Shown: positions 1 through 8,289 of the stretch, piece by piece
Layout: each line of letters begins with the position of its first letter
How positions within the stretch are numbered: the first letter of the stretch is position 1
Assembly (NCBI GenBank): GCA_947624995.1
Contig: CANQMS010000009.1
Span: forward strand, 6,882-70,881
Source: an uncultured Clostridia bacterium
Lineage (GTDB): Bacteria; Bacillota; Clostridia; Oscillospirales; CAG-272
Length of the DNA stretch: 64,000 nt
Reading direction: 5' to 3'
Notes under the pieces: model-generated
Seen by the model: the letters and a program-made list of their open reading frames with translations, nothing else
What the model was told of the DNA's origin: nothing
Database searches by the model: none
Program-made: the position numbers and the translations under genes

Positions 1-399
1 GTAGCCGACGAGGTCGACGTCGTTAAGGATCTTGTTTATGAGCTCGTCCGTCGCCTTTTTGCCCTGCAGCTCGAGGGCAAGCGCGATATTTGCGCCGACG
101 GTGAATTCGGGCAGGACGTTGTAGTCCTGGAAGATGAAGCCGACGTAGGTGTTCCTGTATGAGTCGAATCGCTCCTGCGAGAAATCGCGGGACGAGACGC
201 CCTTGATGATGATCTCGCCGCCGTCGTATTTGTCGAGCCCGCCGAGCAGGTTCAGAAGCGTCGATTTGCCGCTGCCCGACTTGCCGAGCAGAAACACCAT
301 CCCCCGCTCCGGGAACGTGAGCGAGATGCCGTCGAGCGCCGTCACCGGGACGCCCTTTTTCGGCGTGTATACCTTTCGCAGATCTTTCGTTTGCAGCAT
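1..399 (-). CDS. ABC transporter ATP-binding protein, N-terminal 133 aa (gene runs off the window start)
   Basis: Not in the ORF track because it is open at the window edge. Reverse complement from ATG at 399-397 reads MLQTKDLRKVYTPKKGVPVTALDGISLTFPERGMVFLLGKSGSGKSTLLNLLGGLDKYDGGEIIIKG... with Walker A GKSGSGKST. Layout is MacB/LolD/FtsE-like. Confidence 0.85.
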   Translation of the reverse strand, partial: MLQTKDLRKVYTPKKGVPVTALDGISLTFPERGMVFLLGKSGSGKSTLLNLLGGLDKYDGGEIIIKGVSSRDFSQERFDSYRNTYVGFIFQDYNVLPEFTVGANIALALELQGKKATDELINKILNDVDLVGY

Positions 400-540
400 A
401 AAGCTTTCCTCTCTTGTGTGTCATATATGTGTGTCAACTGTACTACTCTATATAGTACGCGTATATGATACTACACCGGAGAGGCGTTGTCAATAGAGTT
501 AATAAAAATTTAAAACTTTTTCGGGAATTCTAAAAAATTG

Positions 541-583
541 AAAAAAGAAAAGGCGCGGGGAGAGCGGCGCGCCGTCTCCCCGC
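541..583 (-). terminator. Rho-independent terminator downstream of the pseudouridine synthase gene
   Basis: Arms GCGGGGAGA (555-563) and TCTCCCCGC (575-583) pair. An A-run on the plus strand (541-550) gives a U-run on the minus-strand transcript. Confidence 0.6.
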
Positions 584-589
584 ACGTAT

Positions 590-1327
590 TCAGACCGTCA
601 TGGCGTCAACAGCCGCGCGCGTGTCGAAGCGGTCCCACGGGGCGCCCGTCGGGAGCGAAACGAACCTCATCCGCTCGCCCGTCACCGGGTGCGGGAAGGA
701 GAGGGAGACGCAGGCGAGCGCCATACCGCGGCTGCCGCAGCCGGCGCAGCCCCACCTGTATTCGTCCGATTTTCCGCCGTAGCGGCGGTCGCCGCAGACG
801 GGCGTCCCGCGCGAGGCGAACTGGACCCTTATCTGATGCGTGCGCCCCGTCAGAAGGCGGACGGCGACGAGCGTCCCCGCGCCGCACGAGCCGCAGACGC
901 GGTAGAGAAGGCGCGCCTCCCGGACGCCGCGCCGCGCGCAGGAGACGGCGTATGATTTGTTCCTCCGCGCGTCGTGATACAAAAGGTCGCGGTACTCGCC
1001 CCCGGGCGACTCCGGCTTGCCGAGCACGACCGCAAGGTAGAGCTTGTCGGTCCGAGGGCAGGTACGGTCGGATCCCCTGTCGTATCCGACCTCGGACGAA
1101 AAAGCGGCAGAGAGCGCGGACGCCGCCTCCGGCGTGCGAGCATAGACCATGACGCCGCGCGTTTCGCGGTCGAGGCGGTGGACGGGGAAGACGGCGCCGC
1201 CGAGCTCGTCCTCAAGGCGGGCGGCGAAGCTCGAGCGGATGTCGCCAGACTCGGAGAGCAGCCCCGCGGGCTTGACGGCGACGGCGACGGAGGCGTCCGA
1301 ATACAGTATATTTATCCGGTCTTCCAT
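590..1327 (-). CDS. RluA-family pseudouridine synthase
   Basis: 245 aa. Catalytic motif HRLDRETRG and the GRTHQIRVQ motif are typical of RluA/RluD-type synthases. Confidence 0.85.
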   Translation of the reverse strand: MEDRINILYSDASVAVAVKPAGLLSESGDIRSSFAARLEDELGGAVFPVHRLDRETRGVMVYARTPEAASALSAAFSSEVGYDRGSDRTCPRTDKLYLAVVLGKPESPGGEYRDLLYHDARRNKSYAVSCARRGVREARLLYRVCGSCGAGTLVAVRLLTGRTHQIRVQFASRGTPVCGDRRYGGKSDEYRWGCAGCGSRGMALACVSLSFPHPVTGERMRFVSLPTGAPWDRFDTRAAVDAMTV

Positions 1328-1328
1328 A

Positions 1329-1838
1329 TTATGATGCGATGACGGAGAGGACGTAGGGGTATATGCTGTCGCGCCCTATGACGTTGTCGCCGCTGTTGTA
1401 CGAGAGGACGGCGGCGTACGCGTACCCGCCGAGCTCCCACACGGCGATGACGGAGCTGCCGCCCGCGTAATACGTGACGGCGGCGGAGCCGAGCTTTTCG
1501 CTCGAGATCTCGCTGTCGGCGGGGATCGGGGATATGCCGGGTCCTCCGGTTTCCGCCGAGTATTTTGCGGCGTAGTCCGCGGTCGCCATGCGGAAGACGA
1601 GCGTCCCCTCGCCGAGCAGCTCGTCGACGATGCCGTACGTCAGCTCGCCGAGGCTCCCGTCCGCGGCGGCGAAGGCGACGGGCGTGTCAAGCCCCGGGAC
1701 CTCCGCCATGTCAAATCCGATGTTGTCCCGCATCAGCGACATGTTCTCGTAGTGTACGAGCGTGTACGTGTCGGGCGAGCACGAGACGAGCGTGAATATG
1801 AAAAAGAGCGTGAGCGTGGCACATAAAAGTCTTTTCAT
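1329..1838 (-). CDS. hypothetical lipoprotein
   Basis: 169 aa. Signal peptide with lipobox (FTLVSC). Lies 1 nt upstream of the rluA-like start, so probably co-transcribed. Confidence 0.6.
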   Translation of the reverse strand: MKRLLCATLTLFFIFTLVSCSPDTYTLVHYENMSLMRDNIGFDMAEVPGLDTPVAFAAADGSLGELTYGIVDELLGEGTLVFRMATADYAAKYSAETGGPGISPIPADSEISSEKLGSAAVTYYAGGSSVIAVWELGGYAYAAVLSYNSGDNVIGRDSIYPYVLSVIAS

Positions 1839-2052
1839 GATCTACTCCGAATATAATTTACCGCGAAAGGGTATTTTATCTTCACTTCCAAGACCGAATT
1901 ATATCACCGTTTCCGCTTTTTTTCAAGTAAGGGAGCGAAAAACCGTTGCGGCGGCGGCGCGGCGGTGGTAAAATATCGGGTGGAGATTTTTTGCACCCGA
2001 AGGGGGCGGTTTTACGGAACACATAGAGACGGAACGCAGGTTCCTGATAAAA

Positions 2053-2523
2053 ATGCCGGAGGCGGAGCTCCTCCGCCGGCTCGGCGGGGACGCGATAGAG
2101 CAGACGTACCTCGAGTCCGAGCCCGGGAGCACGGCGCGCATCCGCAAAAGGTCCGGGCACGGTGCGGTCACGCTCACATACACGGTCAAGCGGCGCGTCG
2201 GCGCGATATCCGCGGAGGAGGACGAGCGGACCGTCGACGCCGGAGAATATGCGGAGCTTTACCTCAGGCGGGAGGAAGGTACGCACACGGTAATGAAAAC
2301 GCGGTACGTTTTGCCGTACCGCGGACATGAGCTCGAAATAGACGTTTATCCCGAGTGGAAGACCGTCGCCGTGATGGAGGCGGAGCTTTCCGCAGAGGAC
2401 GAGGAGGTCGAGCTGCCGCCGGAGATCTCGGTGATAAGGGAAATCAGCGGGGACAGGACCCTGAGCAATCACGCGCTCTCCCGCCGCATGCCGGACGAGG
2501 GGGAGCTGTTACAGCAGCGATGA
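2053..2523 (+). CDS. CYTH-domain protein (CyaB/ThTPase-like triphosphate tunnel enzyme); start uncertain
   Basis: 156 aa from the first ATG. The in-frame upstream codons (2023-2052) read IETERRFLIK, which is the N-terminal ExExK-type CYTH signature, yet there is no ATG/GTG/TTG between the stop at 1969-1971 and 2053. Confidence 0.6.
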   Translation: MPEAELLRRLGGDAIEQTYLESEPGSTARIRKRSGHGAVTLTYTVKRRVGAISAEEDERTVDAGEYAELYLRREEGTHTVMKTRYVLPYRGHELEIDVYPEWKTVAVMEAELSAEDEEVELPPEISVIREISGDRTLSNHALSRRMPDEGELLQQR

Positions 2524-2952
2524 CGCCCAGCCGATGAGGTCGACCTTGTAAACGAGGACGAGGACGGCGGCGGCTGCGGCGAGCAGCGCGAAGAGGACCG
2601 CGCGGAGTATGACGACGGCGGCGCAGAGGCGGCGGCGCGCGACCTTTTTCGAGGCGAGCGCGAGGACGGCGGCGATCACGAAGCCGACGGCGGGGATCGC
2701 CGTGACCGCGAGCATCGCGATATAGCCGGGCACCCCCATCGGCGCGTATTTTGAGGACGGCGCGGGACGCATTTCGGCGTACGCGCTGTATATGAGGCGC
2801 GCAGTTTCGGGGCGGGGCGCGGCTTTTTCGGGCGGCGGCGCCGCCTCCGTATTATCCTGCTCGGACTCCGTGTGTACCCCGACCTCCCCGGCTCCGGGCT
2901 CGGCTTCGGGCTCGGTGACGGACCCCGTCGCCTGTTCTTCCTTTTCGTTCAT
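2509..2952 (-). CDS. hypothetical membrane protein with acidic/proline-rich N-terminus
   Basis: I chose the second Met of the ORF (MNEKEEQ...) because GGAGGG lies 9 nt upstream. Two or three hydrophobic helices at the C-terminus. Confidence 0.5.
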   Translation of the reverse strand: MNEKEEQATGSVTEPEAEPGAGEVGVHTESEQDNTEAAPPPEKAAPRPETARLIYSAYAEMRPAPSSKYAPMGVPGYIAMLAVTAIPAVGFVIAAVLALASKKVARRRLCAAVVILRAVLFALLAAAAAVLVLVYKVDLIGWASSLL

Positions 2953-3081
2953 ATATAAGTCCCTCCGGGATTTTATTTTTTGCACATCAACATTATGACA
3001 TATAAATTCGTTTTTGTAAAGTATGACGGCGCAAAAAAATATACCCGACCGTAAGGTTTACAAAATGTTTATTTTTCCGTC

Positions 3082-3110
3082 TTGATTTTTCCGGCTCAAA
3101 GTATTACAAT
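3082..3110 (+). promoter_or_regulatory. sigma-A type promoter candidate (TTGATT-17-TACAAT) for the LCP gene leader
   Basis: -35 TTGATT at 3082-3087, a 17-nt spacer, and -10 TACAAT at 3105-3110. Confidence 0.45.
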
Positions 3111-3208
3111 ATTTTGTACGGTATCGCTTTGCCGTTTTCGTGCGCGGCACGGGCATGTGTCACGCGGGCGAAATGACGGCTCGGCGAACTTCTCGGAACA
3201 TAAAAAGT

Positions 3209-3243
3209 CCCCGCCGAGCGGGAAGAGGCGGGCTGTTTTTTTT
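3209..3243 (+). terminator. intrinsic terminator-like hairpin inside the 5' leader of the first LCP gene (attenuator candidate)
   Basis: CCCGCC (3210-3215) pairs with GGCGGG (3227-3232), followed by CTG and T9. It lies about 30 nt before the ATG at 3275. Upstream GCTCGGCG (3179-3186) is complementary to CGCCGAGC (3212-3219). Confidence 0.45.
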
Positions 3244-3274
3244 GCATTTAATTTCAAAGGGGCGTCCTTAATTT

Positions 3275-4321
3275 ATGGCAAATAAAAGACCGGTCAAAAG
3301 CAAGGCGGCGAGCCGCGCTTCTATAATAATAATGTTCACGGTCATAACGATCGTGGCGATAATCGTCGGCTCCTGCTGGCTCATCATAGATCACTATCTC
3401 AACATGATAAACTACCTCGACCCGAACGACACGTCGCACATCGTGCCCCCAGGAGATCAGCAGGGATACGGTGACGAGTCGTACAATCCCGACGATTCGA
3501 TCCCCGTGATCAACGAGGGAGACGTTCTGTGGCCCGACGCCGGGGACATCAAGGATCTCGAGGACGACCATCTGCTCAACATTCTCATAATCGGTCAGGA
3601 CAGGCGCAGGGATGACCCGGAGCAGTGGCACTCTGACTCGATGATAGTCGCGAGCATAAATCCGGAAACGTGCGAGGTCTCGCTCATCTCGTTTTTGCGC
3701 GACATGTACGTGCAGATCCCGGGCGGCTATCAGGACAACAGGATCAACGTCGCGTACGCCTCCGGCGGCTTCAAGCTCTTAAAGGAGACGATCACATATA
3801 ATTTCGGCATCGAGATAGACGGCTGCTTCGAGGTCGATTTCGACGGATTCGAGGATATAATCGAGATCCTCGGCGGCGTCGAGGTCGAGCTGACGCAGGA
3901 GGAGGCGGACTACCTCCTCGAGATCACCGGCGTGTGGGTCCCCGCCGGGAAAACGCGGCTGACGCCCCCTGTCGCGCTTGAGCACGCCCGCAACAGGACC
4001 CTCGGCGACGACTTTGCGAGAACAAGACGTCAAAGAGACATCCTTCTCTCGATATTCAACGAATTCAAGGACGCGAGCCTCGGAGAGCTGAAGAGCATTG
4101 CTGACAAGATACTGCCGACGCTCTCGACCGATATGACAAAGTCTCAGGTCCTCGGGCTTTTGACGGAGTTTTTGCCTAAAGTCAGCAAAATGCAGATCTC
4201 GTCGTATTACGTGCCCGAGTACGGCTGCTTCCAGGACGTCTGGATCAGGGGGATGCGCGTGCTCCTGCCGGATCTGAAGCTCATCAGGGAAAAGCTCGAG
4301 GTCGAGTATCTGCCGTTCTGA
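3275..4321 (+). CDS. LytR-CpsA-Psr (LCP) family cell-wall glycopolymer ligase, paralogue 1
   Basis: 348 aa. N-terminal TM anchor followed by an LCP core: NILIIGQDRR...SDSMIVASINPE...SLISFLRDMYVQIPGG...NVAYASGG...IDGCFEVDFDGFEDIIEILGGVEV. Confidence 0.85.
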   Translation: MANKRPVKSKAASRASIIIMFTVITIVAIIVGSCWLIIDHYLNMINYLDPNDTSHIVPPGDQQGYGDESYNPDDSIPVINEGDVLWPDAGDIKDLEDDHLLNILIIGQDRRRDDPEQWHSDSMIVASINPETCEVSLISFLRDMYVQIPGGYQDNRINVAYASGGFKLLKETITYNFGIEIDGCFEVDFDGFEDIIEILGGVEVELTQEEADYLLEITGVWVPAGKTRLTPPVALEHARNRTLGDDFARTRRQRDILLSIFNEFKDASLGELKSIADKILPTLSTDMTKSQVLGLLTEFLPKVSKMQISSYYVPEYGCFQDVWIRGMRVLLPDLKLIREKLEVEYLPF

Positions 4322-4391
4322 CGCAGCATGACGGCGGCGGGAACCGAGCATTAGGGTCAATTTAAAAAGTATTAAGGATCAAAGGTGTTTT

Positions 4392-5570
4392 ATGGAAGAA
4401 AAGAACAACGGACTGAACAGCGAAGAGAACGAAAACAGCGTGCCCGGCGAGCCCGACGCGCTCGACGGCAAAACGCTGAAGAGTCAGAAGAAAAAGAAAA
4501 AAGGCGGCGTGAAAAAGGCGGTCATCATCACTGTCGTTGCCGTGATCGTGCTCATACTCTCGATCGTGGGCTCAGGGCTTCTTATCGTACACCACTATCT
4601 CGGGCAGATCGAGTATGTCGACCCGAACGATACGCAGCACGACGTTTTGCCGGGGAGCGATTTTATCTTCACGGACGACGAGCTCGGTCCGATAGCGCCG
4701 CCGGAGACGTCCCCCAGTCAGGACGGCACGGGCGGAACGCAGGACGGCACCGAGACCGCCCCGCCCGAGACGGACGTTCAGTGGCCCGAGATCGGCGAGC
4801 TGCCGAAGTTTGACGACGACAAGCTCATCAACATACTGATAGTCGGTCAGGACAGGCGCGCCGGTCAGGGGCGCCAGCGCTCGGACACGATGATCCTCGT
4901 CAGCATAAATCCCGAGACGAACAACGTCTCGCTCATCTCATTTTTGCGCGACATGTACGTCCAGATCCCGGGCGGATACATGGACAACAGGCTGAACACC
5001 GCGTACGTCTGGGGCGGGTTCCCGCTTCTGAAGGACACGCTGTACCAAAACTTCGGCGTGACCGTCGACGGATGCTTCGAGTGCGATTTCTTCGACTTCA
5101 TCGACATCATAAACCTGCTCGGCGGCGTCGAGATGGACATAACGCAGGCGGAATCCGACCACATGAGAGACTTCATGGGCGTCAGCGTCCCGGTCGGGCA
5201 CAGCAACCTGAACGGCGAGCAGGCGCTCGCGTACGCGCGCATCAGGTATATAGATTCCGACTTCCAGCGCACGGACAGGCAGAGAAAGATCCTGCTCTCG
5301 ATCTTCTATAAATTCAAGGATGCGAGCGTCTCCGAGCTGAAGAGCATCGCCGACGAGATACTCCCGAAGCTGGCAACGGATCTGACGGTCAGCGAGAGAT
5401 GGGGGCTTCTGATGCAGCTTTTGCCCGTAGTCAGCAGCATGAAGGTCTCGTCGTATTCGGTGCCGTTCATCGGCTCGTATTCGTCGCCGTGGATACGCGG
5501 GATGTGGGTTTTGTTGCCGGACCTCCCGATGATAAGAGAAAAGCTCGCAAACGAGTATCTGCCGTTCTGA
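4392..5570 (+). CDS. LCP family protein, paralogue 2
   Basis: 392 aa. Lys-rich cytoplasmic tail, TM anchor, and the same LCP core: NILIVGQDRR...SDTMILVSINPE...FLRDMYVQIPGG. Confidence 0.85.
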   Translation: MEEKNNGLNSEENENSVPGEPDALDGKTLKSQKKKKKGGVKKAVIITVVAVIVLILSIVGSGLLIVHHYLGQIEYVDPNDTQHDVLPGSDFIFTDDELGPIAPPETSPSQDGTGGTQDGTETAPPETDVQWPEIGELPKFDDDKLINILIVGQDRRAGQGRQRSDTMILVSINPETNNVSLISFLRDMYVQIPGGYMDNRLNTAYVWGGFPLLKDTLYQNFGVTVDGCFECDFFDFIDIINLLGGVEMDITQAESDHMRDFMGVSVPVGHSNLNGEQALAYARIRYIDSDFQRTDRQRKILLSIFYKFKDASVSELKSIADEILPKLATDLTVSERWGLLMQLLPVVSSMKVSSYSVPFIGSYSSPWIRGMWVLLPDLPMIREKLANEYLPF

Positions 5571-5593
5571 CGGCGTGCTGCGGCGAGACCGGT

Positions 5594-5629
5594 GCGGGGC
5601 GCCTTTCCCGAAAGGCGCCCCCGCTTTTT
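5594..5629 (+). terminator. Rho-independent terminator after LCP paralogue 2
   Basis: GC hairpin GCGGGGCGCCTTT-CCCG-AAAGGCGCCCC(C)GC followed by TTTTT. Confidence 0.7.
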
Positions 5630-5742
5630 CGGCTGCGGAGTTTTTTCAGCCGATTTGCCGCAGGGTATTGATTTTTTTGCGGTACTTTGATAAAATACAG
5701 TAAAAATAAAATTTTGTCGAAAAAAGTTATAGGGAGAAGCAT

Positions 5743-7131
5743 ATGGACGATCGCGAAAACGGTCCGGAAGCCGAAAACGGCGGCGCGGACGGTCGGGACA
5801 GCTTTAATGAGGCGGGGAACCGGGACAAGGCGGAGGCGACGGACTGCACGGACAGTGAGGTCGGAACGGACGGCGCAGAAACCGCCGACGTCGGCAGCGA
5901 CGGCACGGACAGCGAAGACAGCGACGACGGCGACAGCAAAGACAGCGACGACGGCGACAGCAAAGACACCGAGGACACCGAAGACAATAAAGACAACAAA
6001 GACAATAAAGACAGCAAGGAAGGCGACGGCAAAGGGAGCGATAGCAAAAAAAAGAAAAAGAAGATCACGGTAAAGAAGATCATCCTCGCGGTCGCAATAA
6101 CCGTGCTCGCCGCGGTGCTGCTGACGGTCGCCGCGGGTGCGCTCATAATAAACCACTATCTCGGTCAGATGGAGTATGTGGACCCGTCCGACACGGGGAA
6201 TGTGATCAGACCCGAGGACGTCGTCCCAGGAATGGACGGCGAGGAGGGGGATCAGCCGCAGCTCCCGCAGCCGCAGGACCCGGGCGGCAGCGGAAACGGC
6301 AACGGAAGCGGCAGTGAGACGGGCACACCCGAGACCGAGGTGCAGTGGCCCGACGCGGACGATATCACGTACTTCGAGGACGACAAGCTCATAAACATCA
6401 TGATCGTCGGGCAGGACAGGCGCGAGGGCATGGGGCGCATGCACTCGGACACGATGATCCTCGTGAGCATCAATCCCGACACGCGCAAGGCCTCGCTCAT
6501 CTCGTTCTTGCGCGACACGTGGGTGCCGATCCCGGGCTACTGGGACGAGAGGCTGAACGTCGCGTACTTCTACGGCGGCTTCCCGCTGATGAAGGACACG
6601 ATAAAGCAGAACTTCGGCGTCACGATCGACGGCTGCTTTGAGGTCGATTTTTACGACTTCATAGAAATAATAGATATGCTCGGCGGCGTCGAGATGGATG
6701 TGACTCAGGCGGAATCAGACCACATGAGGGACTTCATGGGCGTCGAGGTCCCGGTGGGGCACAGCAGGCTGAACGGCGAGCAGGCGCTCGCGTTTGCGCG
6801 CATCAGGAAGATCGACTGGGACTTCACCCGCACGGAGCGGCAGAGAAGGATCCTGCTCTCGCTCTTTGACGAATTCAAGGACGCGAGCGTCTTCGAGCTG
6901 AAGGGCATCGCGGACAAGATCATGCCGAAGCTCGCAACGGACATGACGCTCGGCGAGAGATGGGGGCTGCTGATACAGCTTCTGCCGATGGTGAGCAAGC
7001 TCGAGATCTCGACCTATTCAGTGCCGACGTGGGACGACTATACGAGGGCGTTCATAAACGGCAACGATGTGCTCGTGCCGGACCTCGTGAAGATCAGGGA
7101 AAGGCTCGCGAACACGTATCTGCCGTTCTGA
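5743..7131 (+). CDS. LCP family protein, paralogue 3, with a long acidic repeat-containing N-terminal tail
   Basis: 462 aa. The N-terminal ~105 aa are D/E/K-rich with repeats (DSDDGDSK x2, TED x2, NKD x3). Then a TM anchor and the LCP core: NIMIVGQDRR...SDTMILVSINPD...FLRDTWVPIPG. SD GGGAGA lies upstream. Confidence 0.85.
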   Translation: MDDRENGPEAENGGADGRDSFNEAGNRDKAEATDCTDSEVGTDGAETADVGSDGTDSEDSDDGDSKDSDDGDSKDTEDTEDNKDNKDNKDSKEGDGKGSDSKKKKKKITVKKIILAVAITVLAAVLLTVAAGALIINHYLGQMEYVDPSDTGNVIRPEDVVPGMDGEEGDQPQLPQPQDPGGSGNGNGSGSETGTPETEVQWPDADDITYFEDDKLINIMIVGQDRREGMGRMHSDTMILVSINPDTRKASLISFLRDTWVPIPGYWDERLNVAYFYGGFPLMKDTIKQNFGVTIDGCFEVDFYDFIEIIDMLGGVEMDVTQAESDHMRDFMGVEVPVGHSRLNGEQALAFARIRKIDWDFTRTERQRRILLSLFDEFKDASVFELKGIADKIMPKLATDMTLGERWGLLIQLLPMVSKLEISTYSVPTWDDYTRAFINGNDVLVPDLVKIRERLANTYLPF

Positions 7132-7180
7132 CAGGAAAAAAGCGCAAAAAACGCGCGTATAAAGCGCGAAAAAAATGACC

Positions 7181-7215
7181 GCCGGGAGGGACTTTTACCG
7201 AAAGTCCCTCCCGGC
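7181..7215. terminator. bidirectional terminator hairpin between convergent genes
   Basis: GCCGGGAGGGACTTT-TACCG-AAAGTCCCTCCCGGC, with an A-run before it and T-rich sequence after it. It lies between the LCP3 stop (7131) and the minus-strand gene stop (7242). Confidence 0.65.
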
Positions 7216-7241
7216 GTATTCTTATTTCGGTTGACCCGGGC

Positions 7242-8246
7242 TCAGATGCCGCGCTTTTTGAGCGGGAAGTGAACGGCGAAGAGCACTATGCCCGCGGCGG
7301 TGAGCACCGCGGCGCGTATCATGACGGAGACGTTGACGGTGCTGAGGATCGGCGCGAGCGCGCCGCCGAGGACGGAGCCTCCGGCGGCGAAAATGACCGC
7401 CGCGGCGGCAAAGAACAGGATCCCGACGACGAGGGACGGGACGGCGATGTACGTAAGCGACCTGCCGAACAGGAACCGGTGCAGCGCGAGGATCACGACC
7501 GCCAGCGCGGCGGAGGCGCAGATGGCGGCAATGTACCAGCCGGGAGAGGTGATTTTTGCGACTGTGGAGCGGACGGCGGAGAGATCGAAGCCGAGCCCGT
7601 CCTTTATGCCGGCGGTCGCCGTAGAATCGACGCGCCCGAGCACATCCGGAACGCGGCTGCGCAGCGCATCGTACTGCTCCTCGGTGACGCGGTGACCGGT
7701 CACCTCATATATCGTATCCTCGTTCTCGCGGACGAAGTCCACGAGCAGCTCAGGGTCAACGGCTTCCGCAATGCTGCCCTTTTCGAGGTAACCGGCGACG
7801 ATGTCGCCCGCGTTTTCCTTCGCGAATTCGCGGAAGGTGGAGCGGTCGATCAACTCGCCCATGTTGTCGCGGGTGACGCCGTAGTCCTCGAGCAGCTCGT
7901 CGAGCCCGAGCTCGTATGCCTTGTCGACGATGTCCTGCGTCTTCAAGCCGGCGACCGTGCCGGCGATGTCGGCGGAGGTGTCGGGCGTGCTCACGGCGGC
8001 GAGCTCGTACTCACGCGGAGCGGAGGCGAGCAGCCCTGAGCCGAGCACGGCGGAGACGATGCGCGAGATTCCCTCGGACGAGAGCGTCGCGCGCAGGATG
8101 CCGAGCGTGCAGGAGCACAAAAGCGTGAGGGCGAGGATGACGGACAGGATGACGGAGACGGGCTTTGCGGCGCCGAGCGGCTGCCGCGGCGATTTCGTCG
8201 CTTCTGCTGCGGCTTCTGCCGCGGCGGCTTCTGTTTTTTGTTCCAT
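7242..8246 (-). CDS. hypothetical multi-pass membrane protein
   Basis: Start set at the internal Met (MEQKTEAAAAE...). The longer ORF would overlap the upstream DUF4037 gene by over 100 nt. One TM near the N-terminus, a soluble central region, and several C-terminal TMs. Confidence 0.55.
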   Translation of the reverse strand: MEQKTEAAAAEAAAEATKSPRQPLGAAKPVSVILSVILALTLLCSCTLGILRATLSSEGISRIVSAVLGSGLLASAPREYELAAVSTPDTSADIAGTVAGLKTQDIVDKAYELGLDELLEDYGVTRDNMGELIDRSTFREFAKENAGDIVAGYLEKGSIAEAVDPELLVDFVRENEDTIYEVTGHRVTEEQYDALRSRVPDVLGRVDSTATAGIKDGLGFDLSAVRSTVAKITSPGWYIAAICASAALAVVILALHRFLFGRSLTYIAVPSLVVGILFFAAAAVIFAAGGSVLGGALAPILSTVNVSVMIRAAVLTAAGIVLFAVHFPLKKRGI

Positions 8247-8289
8247 TAGTATGATCCTCCTGTAAAAAATTATATTGAGTTTATTATTT

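Noticed and set aside
424-540. A short inverted repeat, GTACTA...TAGTAC, and TATATAGTAC / TATATGATAC half-repeats upstream of the ABC-transporter gene
   Set aside because: This is a plausible regulator-binding site, but the arms are only 6 bp in AT-rich promoter DNA and no cognate regulator is visible in the window. It is too weak to call.
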